Source: Spirochaetaceae bacterium
GTDB lineage: Bacteria > Spirochaetota > Spirochaetia > DSM-2461
Direction of reading: 5' to 3'
Length of the DNA: 64,000 nucleotides
Assembly (NCBI GenBank): GCA_051531975.1
Contig: JAOPTT010000007.1
Coordinates: 245,778 to 309,777 of the forward strand
The position numbers and the translations under genes are program-made. Below, piece by piece: positions 32,193-44,181 of this stretch. The notes beneath the pieces were generated by a model. It was not told the DNA's origin. It searched no databases and worked only from the letters and a program-made list of their open reading frames with translations. Position 1 is the first letter of the stretch. The number at the start of each line of letters is the position of its first letter.

Positions 32193-33622
32193 TGTTATTT
32201 GAAATTATATTTATTTTTACAATTTTATTATCAGTACTCTACTGCTTCAATTATGAAAACAGAGTAGGTGGTAAAATTTGTGCTATTATAACTGCCTTAG
32301 TATCTATATCCTATCTTTTATTTGAAGGATATAGGTGGCAATTGGTTCCAACCTATATTACGTCTGTTTTTATTATACTGTTTTTAATACTTGGAGTTAA
32401 ATTTAAAAAGAAAGGCCTAATGTCTATTTCCATCATTTTACTGTTTCTTTCTGCTATACTCGTGGTAGTTCTTCCAAGGTTCTCTCTACCAGAAACTACT
32501 GGAGAATTTCACGTTGGTACTAAATATTTTATTTTAACTGATAAAGCTAGAGAAGAGCATTTTACGAAAGAAAAAAATGATTATAGGGAAATAGTTGTCA
32601 AAGTTTGGTACCCATCTGAATCTCCTCTTGGTATTAATCCTGAACCATATTGGGAGAAGGGGTTAGAGGGAGTAAATCTGGCAAACAATATGGGACTTCC
32701 AGGTTTCATCTTCGATTATATATCAGGTATTAAAACCAACTCTTATCCCGAGGCAGAAATATCTGACAAGCAGCATAAATACCCTGTTTTACTATTTTCT
32801 CATGGGTATAGAAGTTATGCATCCTTTAACAGGGTAGTTATGGAAGAGCTAGCAAGTCATGGATATGTAATTATAAATATTACCCATCCCTACGAAGCTT
32901 CTGTAACAAAATTATCTAGCGGTGAATTAGTAGGTATTTCAGACGAGATTATTAAGCAGATGAAAAAAGCTGAAAGTCTAAACCGAGATGTTTTACATAA
33001 TTTATTAAATTCAGAAACTACAGCTAGTAGAGAAGTTTATGCTAGAGAATTTACAAAAAATATTCCTATCTTTTCAAAAAGTATTTATAACTGGGCAGAT
33101 GATACTAAGTTTATATTAGATAAATTACCGGAAATTGATGAAAAATATATGTCTAATAGTTTAGACATGGATAATATCGGTATATTTGGGCACTCCTTAG
33201 GTGGCTCTACTGCAATTGAAGTCGCAATTACTGATAACCGAATAAAAGCTGCTGTTAACTACGATGGTCTATTAAGTGGTTCAATTCTTAATGGTAAAAC
33301 ATTAAATAAACCATTTATGATGTTAAACTCTGAACCTAATAAAAATATTAACGATTATTTATATAAACAGTTAACTGGTAAAACCTATATTTATACTATT
33401 AGAGGCAGTTTGCATAACGATTTCACAGATAATCCTCTTCTATCTCCTTTGTTAAGTTATGTTGGTATGTCTGGAAAGATATCCGGTAAACATGTTGTGA
33501 ATTTAACTAGAGATTATACTCTCGCCTTTTTTGATAAACAGTTTAAAGATATTGATTCTCTATTATTAGAAGGAAATTCTGGATTTTATTCAGAAGTTGA
33601 TGTTGATTTATTACAAAGATAA
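32189..33622 (+). CDS. Membrane-anchored alpha/beta hydrolase (PAF-acetylhydrolase-like)
   Basis: Four N-terminal TMs; LFSHG, LASHGY, GHSLGG nucleophile, H.DFTD. Confidence 0.82.
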   Translation: MMLFEIIFIFTILLSVLYCFNYENRVGGKICAIITALVSISYLLFEGYRWQLVPTYITSVFIILFLILGVKFKKKGLMSISIILLFLSAILVVVLPRFSLPETTGEFHVGTKYFILTDKAREEHFTKEKNDYREIVVKVWYPSESPLGINPEPYWEKGLEGVNLANNMGLPGFIFDYISGIKTNSYPEAEISDKQHKYPVLLFSHGYRSYASFNRVVMEELASHGYVIINITHPYEASVTKLSSGELVGISDEIIKQMKKAESLNRDVLHNLLNSETTASREVYAREFTKNIPIFSKSIYNWADDTKFILDKLPEIDEKYMSNSLDMDNIGIFGHSLGGSTAIEVAITDNRIKAAVNYDGLLSGSILNGKTLNKPFMMLNSEPNKNINDYLYKQLTGKTYIYTIRGSLHNDFTDNPLLSPLLSYVGMSGKISGKHVVNLTRDYTLAFFDKQFKDIDSLLLEGNSGFYSEVDVDLLQR

Positions 33623-33690
33623 ACAGTTCTTTTGACCACAATCTAAAAAAAATATAATATAAGCTATCCTTAATTTATATGGAGTCATAT

Positions 33691-36600
33691 ATGACTAAAA
33701 ATAAAATATTAGATTTAATGAAGAAACGAATCCTTATATTAGATGGTGCCATGGGTACCATGATTCAGAAGTTAAAACTAACAGAAGATGACTTTCGTGG
33801 AGAGAGGTTCAAGAACCATTCAAAACCTTTACAGGGTAATAATGATCTGTTAACACTTACAAAACCTAGTGTAATAAAAGAAATACATAAAGACTTTTTA
33901 GATGCAGGCGCTGACTTTATTTCTACTAATACATTTAACTCAACAGCTGTGTCCCAAGAGGATTATGGAACAGAAGACCTTGTATATGAACTAAATTATC
34001 AAGCTGCTAAAATCGCAAGAGAGGTTTGTGACCAGTATACAGATCCTAATAAACCTAGATTTGTTGTTGGTGCAATAGGCCCTACTAGTAGAACATTATC
34101 AATGAGTCCAGACGTTAATAATCCAGGTTTTAGAAATATTGAATTCGACGTTTTAAAAGAGGACTATTTTGTAGGGGTAAAAGCCCTAATAGAAGGTGGA
34201 GTAGATATTCTTTTAGTAGAAACTGTATTTGATACACTTAATGCTAAAGCTTGTATTGTTGCAATTAAAGAGTATTTTTCCCAGTGTGGTAAAGTGTATC
34301 CGGTTATGATTTCAGGCACTATCACAGATGCTAGTGGAAGAACACTTTCTGGTCAAACAGCAACATCATTTTATTATTCAGTTTCTCATATAGAGCCTAT
34401 ATCTATCGGTTTCAACTGTGCCCTAGGGGCAGGTGATTTAAAACCTCATTTAGAAGATATAAGTAAAATAGCTTGGTGTGGTGTATCAACTCACCCTAAT
34501 GCAGGACTTCCAAATGAATTTGGTGAGTACGATCAATCTCCAGAATTTATGGCTAATATTATTGGTGAGTTTGCCACTGATGGTTTACTAAACATTGTAG
34601 GAGGGTGTTGTGGAACAACTCCAGACCATATTAGAGCTATCTCAAATATTGTTTCTGACAAAAAAACAAGAGAACCAAAAGAAAATCCACATAACAGCTT
34701 CTATACAGGACTTGAACCCTTAGTTCTAAACAGTGATTCCTTGTTTAAAAATGTAGGAGAGAGAAATAACGTTACCGGTTCTAAAAAGTTTGCTCGTTTA
34801 ATTAGAGAAAAAAAATATGAAGAAGCCTTAGATGTATCAAGAAGTCAGGTAGAAAACGGTGCAGATGTTATTGATGTTAACTTAGATGAAGCCATGTTAG
34901 ATTCAGCAGTTGAGATGAAGATATTTTTAAGTCTTATAGCTTCTGAACCTGAAATTTCTAAAGTCCCACTAATGATTGATTCATCTAAATGGGAAGTAAT
35001 TGAAGCAGGTCTTAAATGTGTTCAAGGTAAAGCTATTGTTAACTCAATTAGTCTGAAAGAGGGCGAAGAAAAGTTTTTAGAATATGCAACAAAAGTAAGA
35101 AACTACGGTGCCGCAGCAATTGTTATGGCATTTGATGAAAATGGACAAGCTGATACAGCTAAAAGAAAGTTAGAAATATGTACAAGAAGTTATAACTTAC
35201 TTACAAAGAAGTTAGATTTTCCACCGGAAGATATTATATTCGATCCTAATATATTAGCCATTGCGACAGGTATTGAAGAGCATAATAATTATGCTGTCGA
35301 TTTTATTGAAGCTGTTGGAGAAATAAAAAAAGCTCTGCCATTTGTTAGAATAAGTGGTGGTGTTAGTAATGTTTCTTTCTCTTTTAGGGGAAATAATCCA
35401 GTTAGAGAAGCTATACACACTGTATTTTTATATCATGCAATACAACGTGGAATGGATATGGGTATTGTAAATGCAGGACAATTAGGTGTTTACGATGAGA
35501 TCCCAAAACATCTATTAGAGCTTGTAGAAGACGTTGTATTAAACAGAAGAGCAGATGCTACAGATAGATTAATTGATGCTGCAGCTAATTTTCAATCCTC
35601 GGGGAAAAGTGTAGTAGAGGATCTTAGTTGGAGAGATAATCCAGTAGAAGATAGGCTAAAACACTCTATGGTCAGAGGAATCACTACATATTTAGATCAA
35701 GACGTAGAAGAAGTAAGAATTAAATCTTCTAAAGCAATAGAAGTTATAGAAGGCCCATTAATGGCAGGAATGGATAGAGTTGGAGACCTGTTTGGATCAG
35801 GAAAGATGTTTCTGCCTCAAGTAGTAAAAAGTGCTAGAGTAATGAAAAAGGCTGTATCCATTTTAATGCCATATATTGAAGCTGAAAAGCTTGGTGTATC
35901 TACAAGTAAAGGTAAAATTTTAATGGCTACTGTGAAAGGAGATGTCCACGATATTGGGAAAAATATTGTAGGCGTTGTTTTACAGTGTAATAACTATGAG
36001 GTTATAGACCTTGGAGTAATGGTTCCATGTGAGAGGATATTAGAAGTTGCTAAAAAAGAAAAAGTTGACTTAATTGGTTTAAGTGGATTAATTACACCAT
36101 CATTAGAAGAGATGGTACACGTAGCAACTGAACTTGAAAAATCTGACTTAAATATACCTATCATTATTGGTGGAGCTACTACAAGCAAAATACATACTGC
36201 AGTTAAAATTGCCCCACAAACAAAAAGACCTGTAGTATATGTTCCTGATGCATCTAGAACAGTAGGTGTTTTAAATTCACTATTAAACAAAGACAAAAGT
36301 AAAGAATATGTACAGTCTATAGCCGACGAATATCAACAACTTAGGGAAGATAGAGTCAATAGACAAAATAGAAAACCACTGTTATCCTTTAAAGAATCAA
36401 ACAGTAATAAATATAAAATTGATTCAGATTATAAACCACCTGTTCCTACTTATACAGGAGTAAAACACTACACAGATATAAAAACAGAGAGTTTAGTTGA
36501 TTATATTGATTGGACATTTTTTTATTATGCCTGGGGTATCAAAGCAAATAATCCAGAGGCAGAGAAACTATTAGCCGATGGGAAAATGATGTTAACAAAG

Positions 36601-37281
36601 ATTCTTCATAGATTGTCAGTTTCAGCATATGTTGGTTTTTTCCCAGCTATCACTAAAGAAAATACCATTTTTATAACATTAGAAGATGGTTCTACTGTTA
36701 AATATCCAACTCTTAGACAACAACAAAAAAATAGGGATGGATTATGTCTTAGTTTAAGCGATTATATTTTAACTGAATCCAGTGAACACCAGGATTATAT
36801 TGGAATGTTTGCAGGAACTCCAGCTATAGGTTTAGAAGTTCTTTTGGAAGAGTATAAAGACGATGATTATAACTTGATGTTAGTTAAAACTCTATCTTAT
36901 AGATTAGCCGAGGCATTAAGTGAATATTTACATAGAGTTGTAAGAACTTTAAGTTGGGGTTATGCACCAAATGAAGATATAAAAGGTTCGGATTTAGCAA
37001 AAGGAAAATACAGATCAATTAGGCCTGCACCAGGATATGGCTGTTGCCCTGATCATAGAGAAAAAGAGTTAGTTTTTAATACTTTAAAAGTAACTGATAT
37101 AGAGTTAACTGAGAGTTTCATGATGACCCCAGTATCCTCTACTTGTGGTTATTATTTCTCAAACCCATCTTCTGAATATTTTACTGTAGAAAGAATAGAC
37201 CAAGAACAACTTAAAGCTTATGCCCTAGAAAGAGATGAATCTCATACAGTGCAAAAAAAATGGCTAGCAAGTATGTTATAG
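33691..37281 (+). CDS. metH: Cobalamin-dependent methionine synthase
   Basis: [34 protein letters not shown]12 motif, RPAPGY; ATG 33691 after GGAG. Confidence 0.97.
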   Translation: MTKNKILDLMKKRILILDGAMGTMIQKLKLTEDDFRGERFKNHSKPLQGNNDLLTLTKPSVIKEIHKDFLDAGADFISTNTFNSTAVSQEDYGTEDLVYELNYQAAKIAREVCDQYTDPNKPRFVVGAIGPTSRTLSMSPDVNNPGFRNIEFDVLKEDYFVGVKALIEGGVDILLVETVFDTLNAKACIVAIKEYFSQCGKVYPVMISGTITDASGRTLSGQTATSFYYSVSHIEPISIGFNCALGAGDLKPHLEDISKIAWCGVSTHPNAGLPNEFGEYDQSPEFMANIIGEFATDGLLNIVGGCCGTTPDHIRAISNIVSDKKTREPKENPHNSFYTGLEPLVLNSDSLFKNVGERNNVTGSKKFARLIREKKYEEALDVSRSQVENGADVIDVNLDEAMLDSAVEMKIFLSLIASEPEISKVPLMIDSSKWEVIEAGLKCVQGKAIVNSISLKEGEEKFLEYATKVRNYGAAAIVMAFDENGQADTAKRKLEICTRSYNLLTKKLDFPPEDIIFDPNILAIATGIEEHNNYAVDFIEAVGEIKKALPFVRISGGVSNVSFSFRGNNPVREAIHTVFLYHAIQRGMDMGIVNAGQLGVYDEIPKHLLELVEDVVLNRRADATDRLIDAAANFQSSGKSVVEDLSWRDNPVEDRLKHSMVRGITTYLDQDVEEVRIKSSKAIEVIEGPLMAGMDRVGDLFGSGKMFLPQVVKSARVMKKAVSILMPYIEAEKLGVSTSKGKILMATVKGDVHDIGKNIVGVVLQCNNYEVIDLGVMVPCERILEVAKKEKVDLIGLSGLITPSLEEMVHVATELEKSDLNIPIIIGGATTSKIHTAVKIAPQTKRPVVYVPDASRTVGVLNSLLNKDKSKEYVQSIADEYQQLREDRVNRQNRKPLLSFKESNSNKYKIDSDYKPPVPTYTGVKHYTDIKTESLVDYIDWTFFYYAWGIKANNPEAEKLLADGKMMLTKILHRLSVSAYVGFFPAITKENTIFITLEDGSTVKYPTLRQQQKNRDGLCLSLSDYILTESSEHQDYIGMFAGTPAIGLEVLLEEYKDDDYNLMLVKTLSYRLAEALSEYLHRVVRTLSWGYAPNEDIKGSDLAKGKYRSIRPAPGYGCCPDHREKELVFNTLKVTDIELTESFMMTPVSSTCGYYFSNPSSEYFTVERIDQEQLKAYALERDESHTVQKKWLASML

Positions 37282-37290
37282 GAAATAACA

Positions 37291-38346
37291 ATGAAGAAAG
37301 TCATAAAATCACTACTGTTTATTTTGTTATTTTTTGTTTTAGTACTACTTGGCCTTTTAATTTGGTTAACAATTACAGACTACAAACCCAATAATACACA
37401 ACAAGTTAATATTGAAAATAACTCAACTCATAATCTACCAGATGAGTTCACAATTATTAATTGGAATATTGGTTATGGAGCATTAGGTAATAGTGCCGAT
37501 TTTTTTATGGATGGAGGTGTAGATGTTATTACACCTGAAATTGAATATCAAAAGTTTAAAACAGGTATATTAGAGTTTATAGCTAATTCATCTGGTGATT
37601 TTTACTTTTTTCAAGAAGTTGATATAAAAAGTAAACGTTCCTATTACGATAACCAACATAAGCTAATAAGTAGTATATTAAAGAACTATGGCAGATTATT
37701 TGCAACAAACTATAAAGTTAGTTATATACCCCCTCCTAGAGTTTTTAAGCCTGGTTATGGAGCTGTTAATGCAGGACTTTCTACATTCTCAAGATATAAT
37801 ATTGACAGTTCAGAACGTATAGCCCTACCAGGTAACTATAGTTGGCCAACGAGTATACTATTCTTAGATCGATGTATGCTTATTTCTAGAATCAAAACTT
37901 CAACAAATAAAGATCTGGTTTTAATTAATACCCATAACTCAGCCTACGATAAAGGTGGTTTTATAAAAAAGGAACAGCTGAAGTTTATACAAGATTATGC
38001 AACTAAAGAGTATAACTTGGGGAATTTTGTTATTATTGGTGGAGACTGGAATACATATATGCCTGGTACTGATGCAGATAGCTTTCCTGCAAAAGAAAAA
38101 GCATCTATTTATTATCAACCATTACCAGATGAATGGAGTATTGATGGCTGGTTTTGGGGTGTTGATAAATCAGTTTCGACTAGTAGGTCGTTAAAAGAAC
38201 CCTACATAAAAGGTAAAGTATTCGAATGTATTATTGATGGTTTTTTAGTTTCACCTAATATTAAAATTAAAGAGATTAAGACATTTGATCTTGGATATAA
38301 ATATTCTGATCATAATCCAATCAGAATATCTTTAGAATTGAATTAG
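37291..38346 (+). CDS. Membrane-anchored endonuclease/exonuclease/phosphatase family protein
   Basis: WNIGY, FQEVD, NTHNSAY, GGDWN, IDGF, SDHNP. Confidence 0.88.
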   Translation: MKKVIKSLLFILLFFVLVLLGLLIWLTITDYKPNNTQQVNIENNSTHNLPDEFTIINWNIGYGALGNSADFFMDGGVDVITPEIEYQKFKTGILEFIANSSGDFYFFQEVDIKSKRSYYDNQHKLISSILKNYGRLFATNYKVSYIPPPRVFKPGYGAVNAGLSTFSRYNIDSSERIALPGNYSWPTSILFLDRCMLISRIKTSTNKDLVLINTHNSAYDKGGFIKKEQLKFIQDYATKEYNLGNFVIIGGDWNTYMPGTDADSFPAKEKASIYYQPLPDEWSIDGWFWGVDKSVSTSRSLKEPYIKGKVFECIIDGFLVSPNIKIKEIKTFDLGYKYSDHNPIRISLELN

Positions 38347-38352
38347 AAATAT

Positions 38353-38688
38353 TTAGTAAACAGACTCCAACTTACCATATAATAGGCCACATAATTTAAA
38401 AACTGAAAGTTCACTAGTTATAAGTGTAATATCATGCTCTTTGGCTAGTACAATTATATCCTTAGTTACAGTTTTTCCTCTTGCAAATATTATTGTTTCT
38501 ATATCAGACATTTCAGCTGTCCGTATTACTTGCTGAGTACAAAGACCAGTTATTAACACTAAATCTTCTTCATCCATTGTTAGTACATCACTCATTAGAT
38601 CTGATGCAAAAGCTGATTTAACTTTATGATCACCATCACCTGTAATTACTTTGGCTTTTATATACTCTGCTAATTCATTAACTATCAT
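38353..38688 (-). CDS. DRTGG domain protein
   Basis: ASDLMSDVL, LITGL, IRTAEM, IIFARGK; start moved to ATG 38688. Confidence 0.82.
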   Translation of the reverse strand: MIVNELAEYIKAKVITGDGDHKVKSAFASDLMSDVLTMDEEDLVLITGLCTQQVIRTAEMSDIETIIFARGKTVTKDIIVLAKEHDITLITSELSVFKLCGLLYGKLESVY

Positions 38689-38694
38689 ATAAGC

Positions 38695-38724
38695 ATTATA
38701 TGTATAATTAACATGCAGTGTCAA
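38695..38724 (-). promoter_or_regulatory. Consensus sigma70 promoter in leaderless configuration
   Basis: TTGACA-N18-TATAAT-N6-ATG(38688). Confidence 0.75.
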
Positions 38725-38784
38725 ATATGTAATATTTAATAAACCACTCAAAGTTATATATAGAATATCGAAAGTTTATAATTG

Positions 38785-38813
38785 TTGACGACGTCATCTT
38801 TATTGATTAAAAT
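38785..38813 (+). promoter_or_regulatory. Sigma70 promoter of the DGC in leaderless configuration
   Basis: TTGACG-N17-TAAAAT-N7-ATG(38821). Confidence 0.7.
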
Positions 38814-38820
38814 TAATTTA

Positions 38821-40905
38821 ATGAAAAGAAAATTTTACTCTTTATCGTTAATATTACTTCTAATATGTGTAATAGTTTTCACAATAACTATTAGTAGTCT
38901 CTATCAGAAAAAAGTTGCTGATGTTAAAGAAGAATTAAGTTTAAATCTTCAAATTATCCATGATCAAATTGAATTTGAAATAAATAGAAATTTTCTTATT
39001 ATTTACAATATTGCGGGTTATGTATCTGTTCATCCTGATATCTCATCAGAAGAATTTAATCAAACTGCTAAGTTTATTTTAAAACAACCTAATAACCTAA
39101 AAAATATTGCAATGGCACCTAATTTTGTTATTAGTTATGTATATCCCTTAGAGGGTAATGAAAGTATCCTTGGTATTGATTATCGGACTTTACCAGATCA
39201 ATGGGATCAGGCCAAAAAAGCAAAAGATGAAAACAGAATGATTCTTGCCGGTCCATTAGATTTAATTCAAGGTGGTGTTGGTTTAATCGCCCGTATTCCT
39301 GTATTTGAATATAATGATCCTCTTAGATTCTGGGGAATCGTTTCCTCTGTTCTTAATTTTAATGAGCTGACCTCACCAATATCAATATTTGCCCTTGAAA
39401 ATGATATAAAAATTGTTATTAGCGATAATGATGATAAGTCATCAGCCATATTTGGTGATGTTAATATTTTTTTAGATATGTATGCAGTAGAAAGAGAGAT
39501 TAATTTACCTGACAGAGTCTGGACAATAGCCTTAACTCCCACGGACAATAGTATATTTACAATAAAAGAGAAAATAATAATAATCATAGTTTTTTTTATG
39601 GTCTTTATTTTGTGTGAAATATTACTTGGTTTTTATATCAGCAAGAAAGAAAAAAATCGTATAAGTGAAGAGAGGTTTCGGGATTTTACACTTTCATCAT
39701 TTGATTGGGTTTGGGAAATAAATTCAGATTACAAATTTATATATACTTCGGATAACGTTAAAAATATTTTGGGTTATGAGACAAACGAATTAACAGGAAA
39801 TAATATTTTAGATCTTATTCATACAGGGATTGATAAAAATCATAAAAATAACGTTCTCAGTTTATTAAATAAACATAAAAATATTAGAGATCTAGAATTG
39901 TGGATGCTTAAAAAAGGTGGGGGAATAGGATGTATCGCAATTAGTGCTGTTCCTGTAATTAATTCAAGAGTGTTAACAGGTTATAGAGGTGTAGGTCGAT
40001 ATATAACAACAAACAAAGAGATTGAGCAGAAGTTAAATGAATATATTAGTATTGTGGATAGTAATGTCCCAATTTTACAGACAGATTTAAAAGCTGATAT
40101 TATAAAGATCAATAATACATTCAGTAAACTTTCAGGTTACCAAGAAGAGGATCTCATCGGTAAAAATTACAAAATAATTCTTCATTCTGATATGCCAAAA
40201 TCAGCATATAAATATATGTTGAAAACCATTACTAGTGGAGAAATTTGGGAAGGTGAAGCAAAGTTCCTTAGAAAAGATAACAGATCAAACTGGTTTAAAA
40301 TTAATATACTACCGTTAATAGATGTTTTTGGTCATCATTATGGATACATGGCTGTGCTTAAAGATATTGATGCAGAAAAAAAACTAGAAGAGTTATCTGA
40401 AACTGATACATTAACATCGATTTATAATCGTAGAAAACTTAACTCATCATTGGAATTTGAAATTGCCAGATATAATAGAACTAATGATCAATTTTCAATA
40501 ATAATGATAGATATTGATCATTTTAAAATATGTAATGACTCATATGGTCACCAAGTCGGGGATCTGATTCTACAGGAGATATGCCAGATAGTTAACCATA
40601 ATATAAGGGATACAGATGTATTTGGCCGATGGGGTGGTGAGGAGTTTCTTATCATATGTCCAGAAACTAATTCAACTGGTGCACAGAAGCTGGCTATGAA
40701 TTTACAAAAAACATTTGATATACATACTTTTGATGTAGTAGGTAAAGTTACTTGTAGTTTTGGAGTTGCTACAACTGTAGGTAAAGTAGATATTACGCAA
40801 ATTGTTAAAGAAGCAGATGATGCTTTATATAAAGCTAAATCCGATGGAAGAAATTGTGTACGTTTATCAGATGTTAAGTTAAACCTCTCCAAAGGAGAGG
40901 TTTAA
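38821..40905 (+). CDS. Diguanylate cyclase (CHASE-like, PAS, PAS, GGDEF)
   Basis: AGPLDLIQGG CHASE-like motif, two PAS domains, DIDHFK, RxxD I-site (RDTD) and an intact GGEEF. Confidence 0.92.
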   Translation: MKRKFYSLSLILLLICVIVFTITISSLYQKKVADVKEELSLNLQIIHDQIEFEINRNFLIIYNIAGYVSVHPDISSEEFNQTAKFILKQPNNLKNIAMAPNFVISYVYPLEGNESILGIDYRTLPDQWDQAKKAKDENRMILAGPLDLIQGGVGLIARIPVFEYNDPLRFWGIVSSVLNFNELTSPISIFALENDIKIVISDNDDKSSAIFGDVNIFLDMYAVEREINLPDRVWTIALTPTDNSIFTIKEKIIIIIVFFMVFILCEILLGFYISKKEKNRISEERFRDFTLSSFDWVWEINSDYKFIYTSDNVKNILGYETNELTGNNILDLIHTGIDKNHKNNVLSLLNKHKNIRDLELWMLKKGGGIGCIAISAVPVINSRVLTGYRGVGRYITTNKEIEQKLNEYISIVDSNVPILQTDLKADIIKINNTFSKLSGYQEEDLIGKNYKIILHSDMPKSAYKYMLKTITSGEIWEGEAKFLRKDNRSNWFKINILPLIDVFGHHYGYMAVLKDIDAEKKLEELSETDTLTSIYNRRKLNSSLEFEIARYNRTNDQFSIIMIDIDHFKICNDSYGHQVGDLILQEICQIVNHNIRDTDVFGRWGGEEFLIICPETNSTGAQKLAMNLQKTFDIHTFDVVGKVTCSFGVATTVGKVDITQIVKEADDALYKAKSDGRNCVRLSDVKLNLSKGEV
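40879..40905. terminator. Hairpin terminator between the DGC and ulaG
   Basis: Perfect 12-bp stem TTAAACCTCTCC-AAA-GGAGAGGTTTAA. Confidence 0.75.
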
Positions 40906-40907
40906 TA

Positions 40908-41969
40908 TTATAATAATGATTTAAATGGTAAGTCTGGCTCAATTGCAAAAGCATCATGAAATCCACGATCAAACATAAATTCCATATCATCTTTATTTTC
41001 AGGCCATGTGAACTTTCCACCTACTTGCCATACATATGGCTTAAAACTATATTTTAATCTATCTTTTTTCATTTTCCATAATGTCATTATTTCTTGTGGA
41101 TCAGCCATGAAGTTTGTCCAAACATCGTGGTGTATTGGAATAATTACCTTGGTGTTCAAAGATTCACCCATTCTAAGCATATCTGATGCATTTATTTTAT
41201 CTGTCATTCCTCTTGGATTTTCTCCAAATGAGCCAAGTGCTACATCTATTTTATAGTTGTTTCCATGTTTCGCAAAGTAGTTTGAATAATGTGAATCACC
41301 ACTGTGGTATAAGTTTCCCCCAGGAGTTTGGAATAAATAATTAACTGCAAGATCATCCATCTCTCTCACAGGACTGTTTTTTAATATCATACCTTTTGGT
41401 GCGGTAACTAATTCTGTTCGATCAAATGAGTCTAATGCAACAATTGTAGTATCTTTTATTTTATGTGTATCTCCTGGTCTCATTGTAATACATCTATCAG
41501 CAGGAACTCCCCATGATATCCAAAGATCAACACACGCTTTAGGACCAATAAATGGCACTGTATCAGGACAGTTTTGTAAAACTGCAGCAGCTACATATGG
41601 ATCAATGTGATCACCATGATCATGAGTAGATAATACTGCATCTACAGTTTTAATCTCAAAAGGATCTAATACACATGGAGCGTTCCTAAGGTTTGGTTGT
41701 AATGCAACGCACCCAATCATTCTCTGATGTTGATGTTGCTCTGTCATTAATTTATTTTTTTTGGTTCTTTTTCCACTCTTAGTCCAGAAATCAACCATAA
41801 TATTTGCATTCCCTTCAGATTTTAACCAAATACCAGTACAACCAAGCCACCACATAGCAAATGTCCCAGGTTTAACCTTTTCTTCTTCTATCTCTTCATT
41901 TAGCCATGTTCCCCATTCTGGAAATACATCTCTTAGCCATTTATCTTTATTGATCTCTTTTACATTCAT
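40908..41969 (-). CDS. ulaG: L-ascorbate-6-phosphate lactonase
   Basis: [45 protein letters not shown]. Confidence 0.95.
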   Translation of the reverse strand: MNVKEINKDKWLRDVFPEWGTWLNEEIEEEKVKPGTFAMWWLGCTGIWLKSEGNANIMVDFWTKSGKRTKKNKLMTEQHQHQRMIGCVALQPNLRNAPCVLDPFEIKTVDAVLSTHDHGDHIDPYVAAAVLQNCPDTVPFIGPKACVDLWISWGVPADRCITMRPGDTHKIKDTTIVALDSFDRTELVTAPKGMILKNSPVREMDDLAVNYLFQTPGGNLYHSGDSHYSNYFAKHGNNYKIDVALGSFGENPRGMTDKINASDMLRMGESLNTKVIIPIHHDVWTNFMADPQEIMTLWKMKKDRLKYSFKPYVWQVGGKFTWPENKDDMEFMFDRGFHDAFAIEPDLPFKSLL

Positions 41970-42041
41970 TATTCATACTCCTTAAGGATTTTTATTCATT
42001 TCTTTTTATATAATCAATCAACAAAGTCTATTTGTCAATAA

Positions 42042-42097
42042 TAAAAGATCAATTAGAACATTTAATTAGTATTAAAAGATCAATTTGAACATTTAAT
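42042..42097 (+). promoter_or_regulatory. Tandem 25-bp operator-like direct repeats (putative UlaR/DeoR sites)
   Basis: TAAAAGATCAATTWGAACATTTAAT at 42042-42066 and 42073-42097 (one mismatch), lying between the divergent -35 boxes (TTGACA on the minus strand 42033-42038; TTGCCA 42099-42104). Confidence 0.75.
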
Positions 42098-42098
42098 G

Positions 42099-42127
42099 TT
42101 GCCAGCATAAAAAACATAAGGTATAAT
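42099..42127 (+). promoter_or_regulatory. Sigma70 promoter of ptsH-ptsI-regulator
   Basis: TTGCCA-N17-TATAAT. Confidence 0.75.
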
Positions 42128-42147
42128 TTAAAAAAATGGAGGAACAT

Positions 42148-42408
42148 ATGGTTAGTCAATTAGTAGAAATTGTTAATGAGACAGGTTTGCATACACGGCC
42201 TGGAAATCAATTTGTTAAACAGGCAAAGAAATTTGAAAGTGCTATAACTCTAAAAAAGGGTGATAAAGAATCTAGTGCAAAGAGCCTTCTTAAAATAATG
42301 AAAATAGGAATATCTTTTGGTGATAAAATTGAGATCGTTTGTGATGGTGCAGATGAAATTGAAGCATTAGAAACTCTTTCAGAATTTATAGCCAATTTAA
42401 CCGAATAA
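42148..42408 (+). CDS. ptsH: Phosphocarrier protein HPr
   Basis: GLHTRP (His15), AKSLL (Ser46), GADE; ATG 42148 after GGAGG. Confidence 0.93.
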   Translation: MVSQLVEIVNETGLHTRPGNQFVKQAKKFESAITLKKGDKESSAKSLLKIMKIGISFGDKIEIVCDGADEIEALETLSEFIANLTE

Positions 42409-42430
42409 CAAAAAATAGGAAACAAGTGGA

Positions 42431-44167
42431 ATGATAAATAGTCAAGTCAGCGGAATCTCGGCATCTCCAGGTATAGTTATTAGTAAAGCTTTTGTTTATA
42501 CACATCAAGAGTTGGTTATTTCAAGTGTAGATATCAGTAAAGAAGAAATTAATACAGAAGTTGAAAGCTTTATTACTGGAAGAGCTAAAGCAGAAAGTCA
42601 ATTGCAAGCAGTATATAATAAAGCAGTTAAAAACCTTGGGGAAGAAGAAGCAGAAATCTTTGAGGGTCACATTGAAATTCTTATGGATGAAGATCTAGAA
42701 GAAGAGATTCTTGAGTGTATTAAATTACAACAAATGGCCGCTGATAGAGCCGCTAATTTTGTAATTGAAGAAAATGCTAAAGAGATGGAAGAGTTAGATA
42801 ATTCATATATGAGGGAACGAGCAGCTGATATTAGAGATATTGGTAAACGCTTAATATACGCTATTAGAAATGTTGAACTTTCATCTTTAGATAATTTTGA
42901 TCAAGAAGTTATAGTTTTTGCTAAAGATTTAACCCCATCTGATACAGCACAACTGGATAAATCAAAAGTTCTTGGTTTTGTCACAGAGACTGGTGGAGTA
43001 ACTTCTCACGTTGCTATTATGGCTAAATCTATGGAAATACCTGCGATTGTAGGAACGGGAAATGTTTTACCAAATATTTCTGATGGTGATATTATCATTC
43101 TAGACGCTTCAAAAGGTTGTATTATTTTTGAACCTTCAGATGAAAAACTTAAAGAATATATAGATAAAATTGAAGTTCAAGAAAATAATAATAATGAACT
43201 CGCTAAATTAAGAGATTTACCAGCAATAACATTAGACGGACATAGAGTTGAACTATGCGCAAATATTGGTTCAGATAAAGATGTTGAACCCGCATTAAAA
43301 CATGGTGCGGAAGGTGTTGGACTTTATAGAACAGAATTTTTGTACATGGATAGACCAAAAATGCCAACTGAAGATGAACAATTTGAAGCTTACAAACTAG
43401 TCGCTGAATCTATGGGAGAAAGGTCCGTTATTATTAGGACAATGGATATCGGTGGAGATAAGGAACTAGATTATTTTGAATTTCCAAAAGAAGATAATCC
43501 ATTTCTTGGCTGGCGAGCAATTAGAATGTGTCTTGATATACCTGAATTTCTTACGACTCAGTTAAGGGGTATATTAAGGGCGAGTAATTTTGGGAAATTA
43601 AGAATAATGTTTCCGATGATAATATCTGTAAATGAGATTAAAAAGTTAAAAATAATTCTTGAATCCGTTAAATCTGAACTAAGATCAGAAGGAATAAACT
43701 TTGATGAACATATTGAAGTAGGGATTATGATAGAAACTCCTGCAGCAGCAATTATTGCCAATAAACTAATTAAGGAAGTTGACTTTTTTAGTATAGGAAC
43801 AAACGATCTAACTCAATATACGTTAGCTGTTGATCGCGGAAATGAGAAGATTGCCCATCTATATCAACCATTTCATCCCGCAGTATTAAACTTAATTAAA
43901 ACTGTTATCGATGCCTCACATGCTCATGGTAAATGGACTGGAATGTGTGGAGAATTTGCTGGTAATGAAAAAGCTGCTTTACTCTTACTCGGAATGGGCC
44001 TTGATGAATTTAGTATGAGTGCTATTAGTATTGGTAAGGTTAAGAACTTAATTAGAAAATCAAACTACTCTGAATTAAAAAAACTTGCTAATGAGGTACT
44101 TGAAAAGGGAGAAATTTCAGATATACTAAATATATTAGATAAATTATTATTACAATTTCGTACATAA
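42431..44167 (+). CDS. ptsI: PTS enzyme I
   Basis: GGVTSHVAI phospho-His, [39 protein letters not shown]. Confidence 0.97.
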   Translation: MINSQVSGISASPGIVISKAFVYTHQELVISSVDISKEEINTEVESFITGRAKAESQLQAVYNKAVKNLGEEEAEIFEGHIEILMDEDLEEEILECIKLQQMAADRAANFVIEENAKEMEELDNSYMRERAADIRDIGKRLIYAIRNVELSSLDNFDQEVIVFAKDLTPSDTAQLDKSKVLGFVTETGGVTSHVAIMAKSMEIPAIVGTGNVLPNISDGDIIILDASKGCIIFEPSDEKLKEYIDKIEVQENNNNELAKLRDLPAITLDGHRVELCANIGSDKDVEPALKHGAEGVGLYRTEFLYMDRPKMPTEDEQFEAYKLVAESMGERSVIIRTMDIGGDKELDYFEFPKEDNPFLGWRAIRMCLDIPEFLTTQLRGILRASNFGKLRIMFPMIISVNEIKKLKIILESVKSELRSEGINFDEHIEVGIMIETPAAAIIANKLIKEVDFFSIGTNDLTQYTLAVDRGNEKIAHLYQPFHPAVLNLIKTVIDASHAHGKWTGMCGEFAGNEKAALLLLGMGLDEFSMSAISIGKVKNLIRKSNYSELKKLANEVLEKGEISDILNILDKLLLQFRT

Positions 44168-44181
44168 GGTTAAGGGATGAG

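Noticed and set aside
33623..33690. Cobalamin or SAM riboswitch upstream of metH
   Set aside because: The gap is only 68 bp and is mostly a TTGACC-N17-TAATAT promoter plus SD; there is no room and no riboswitch motif.
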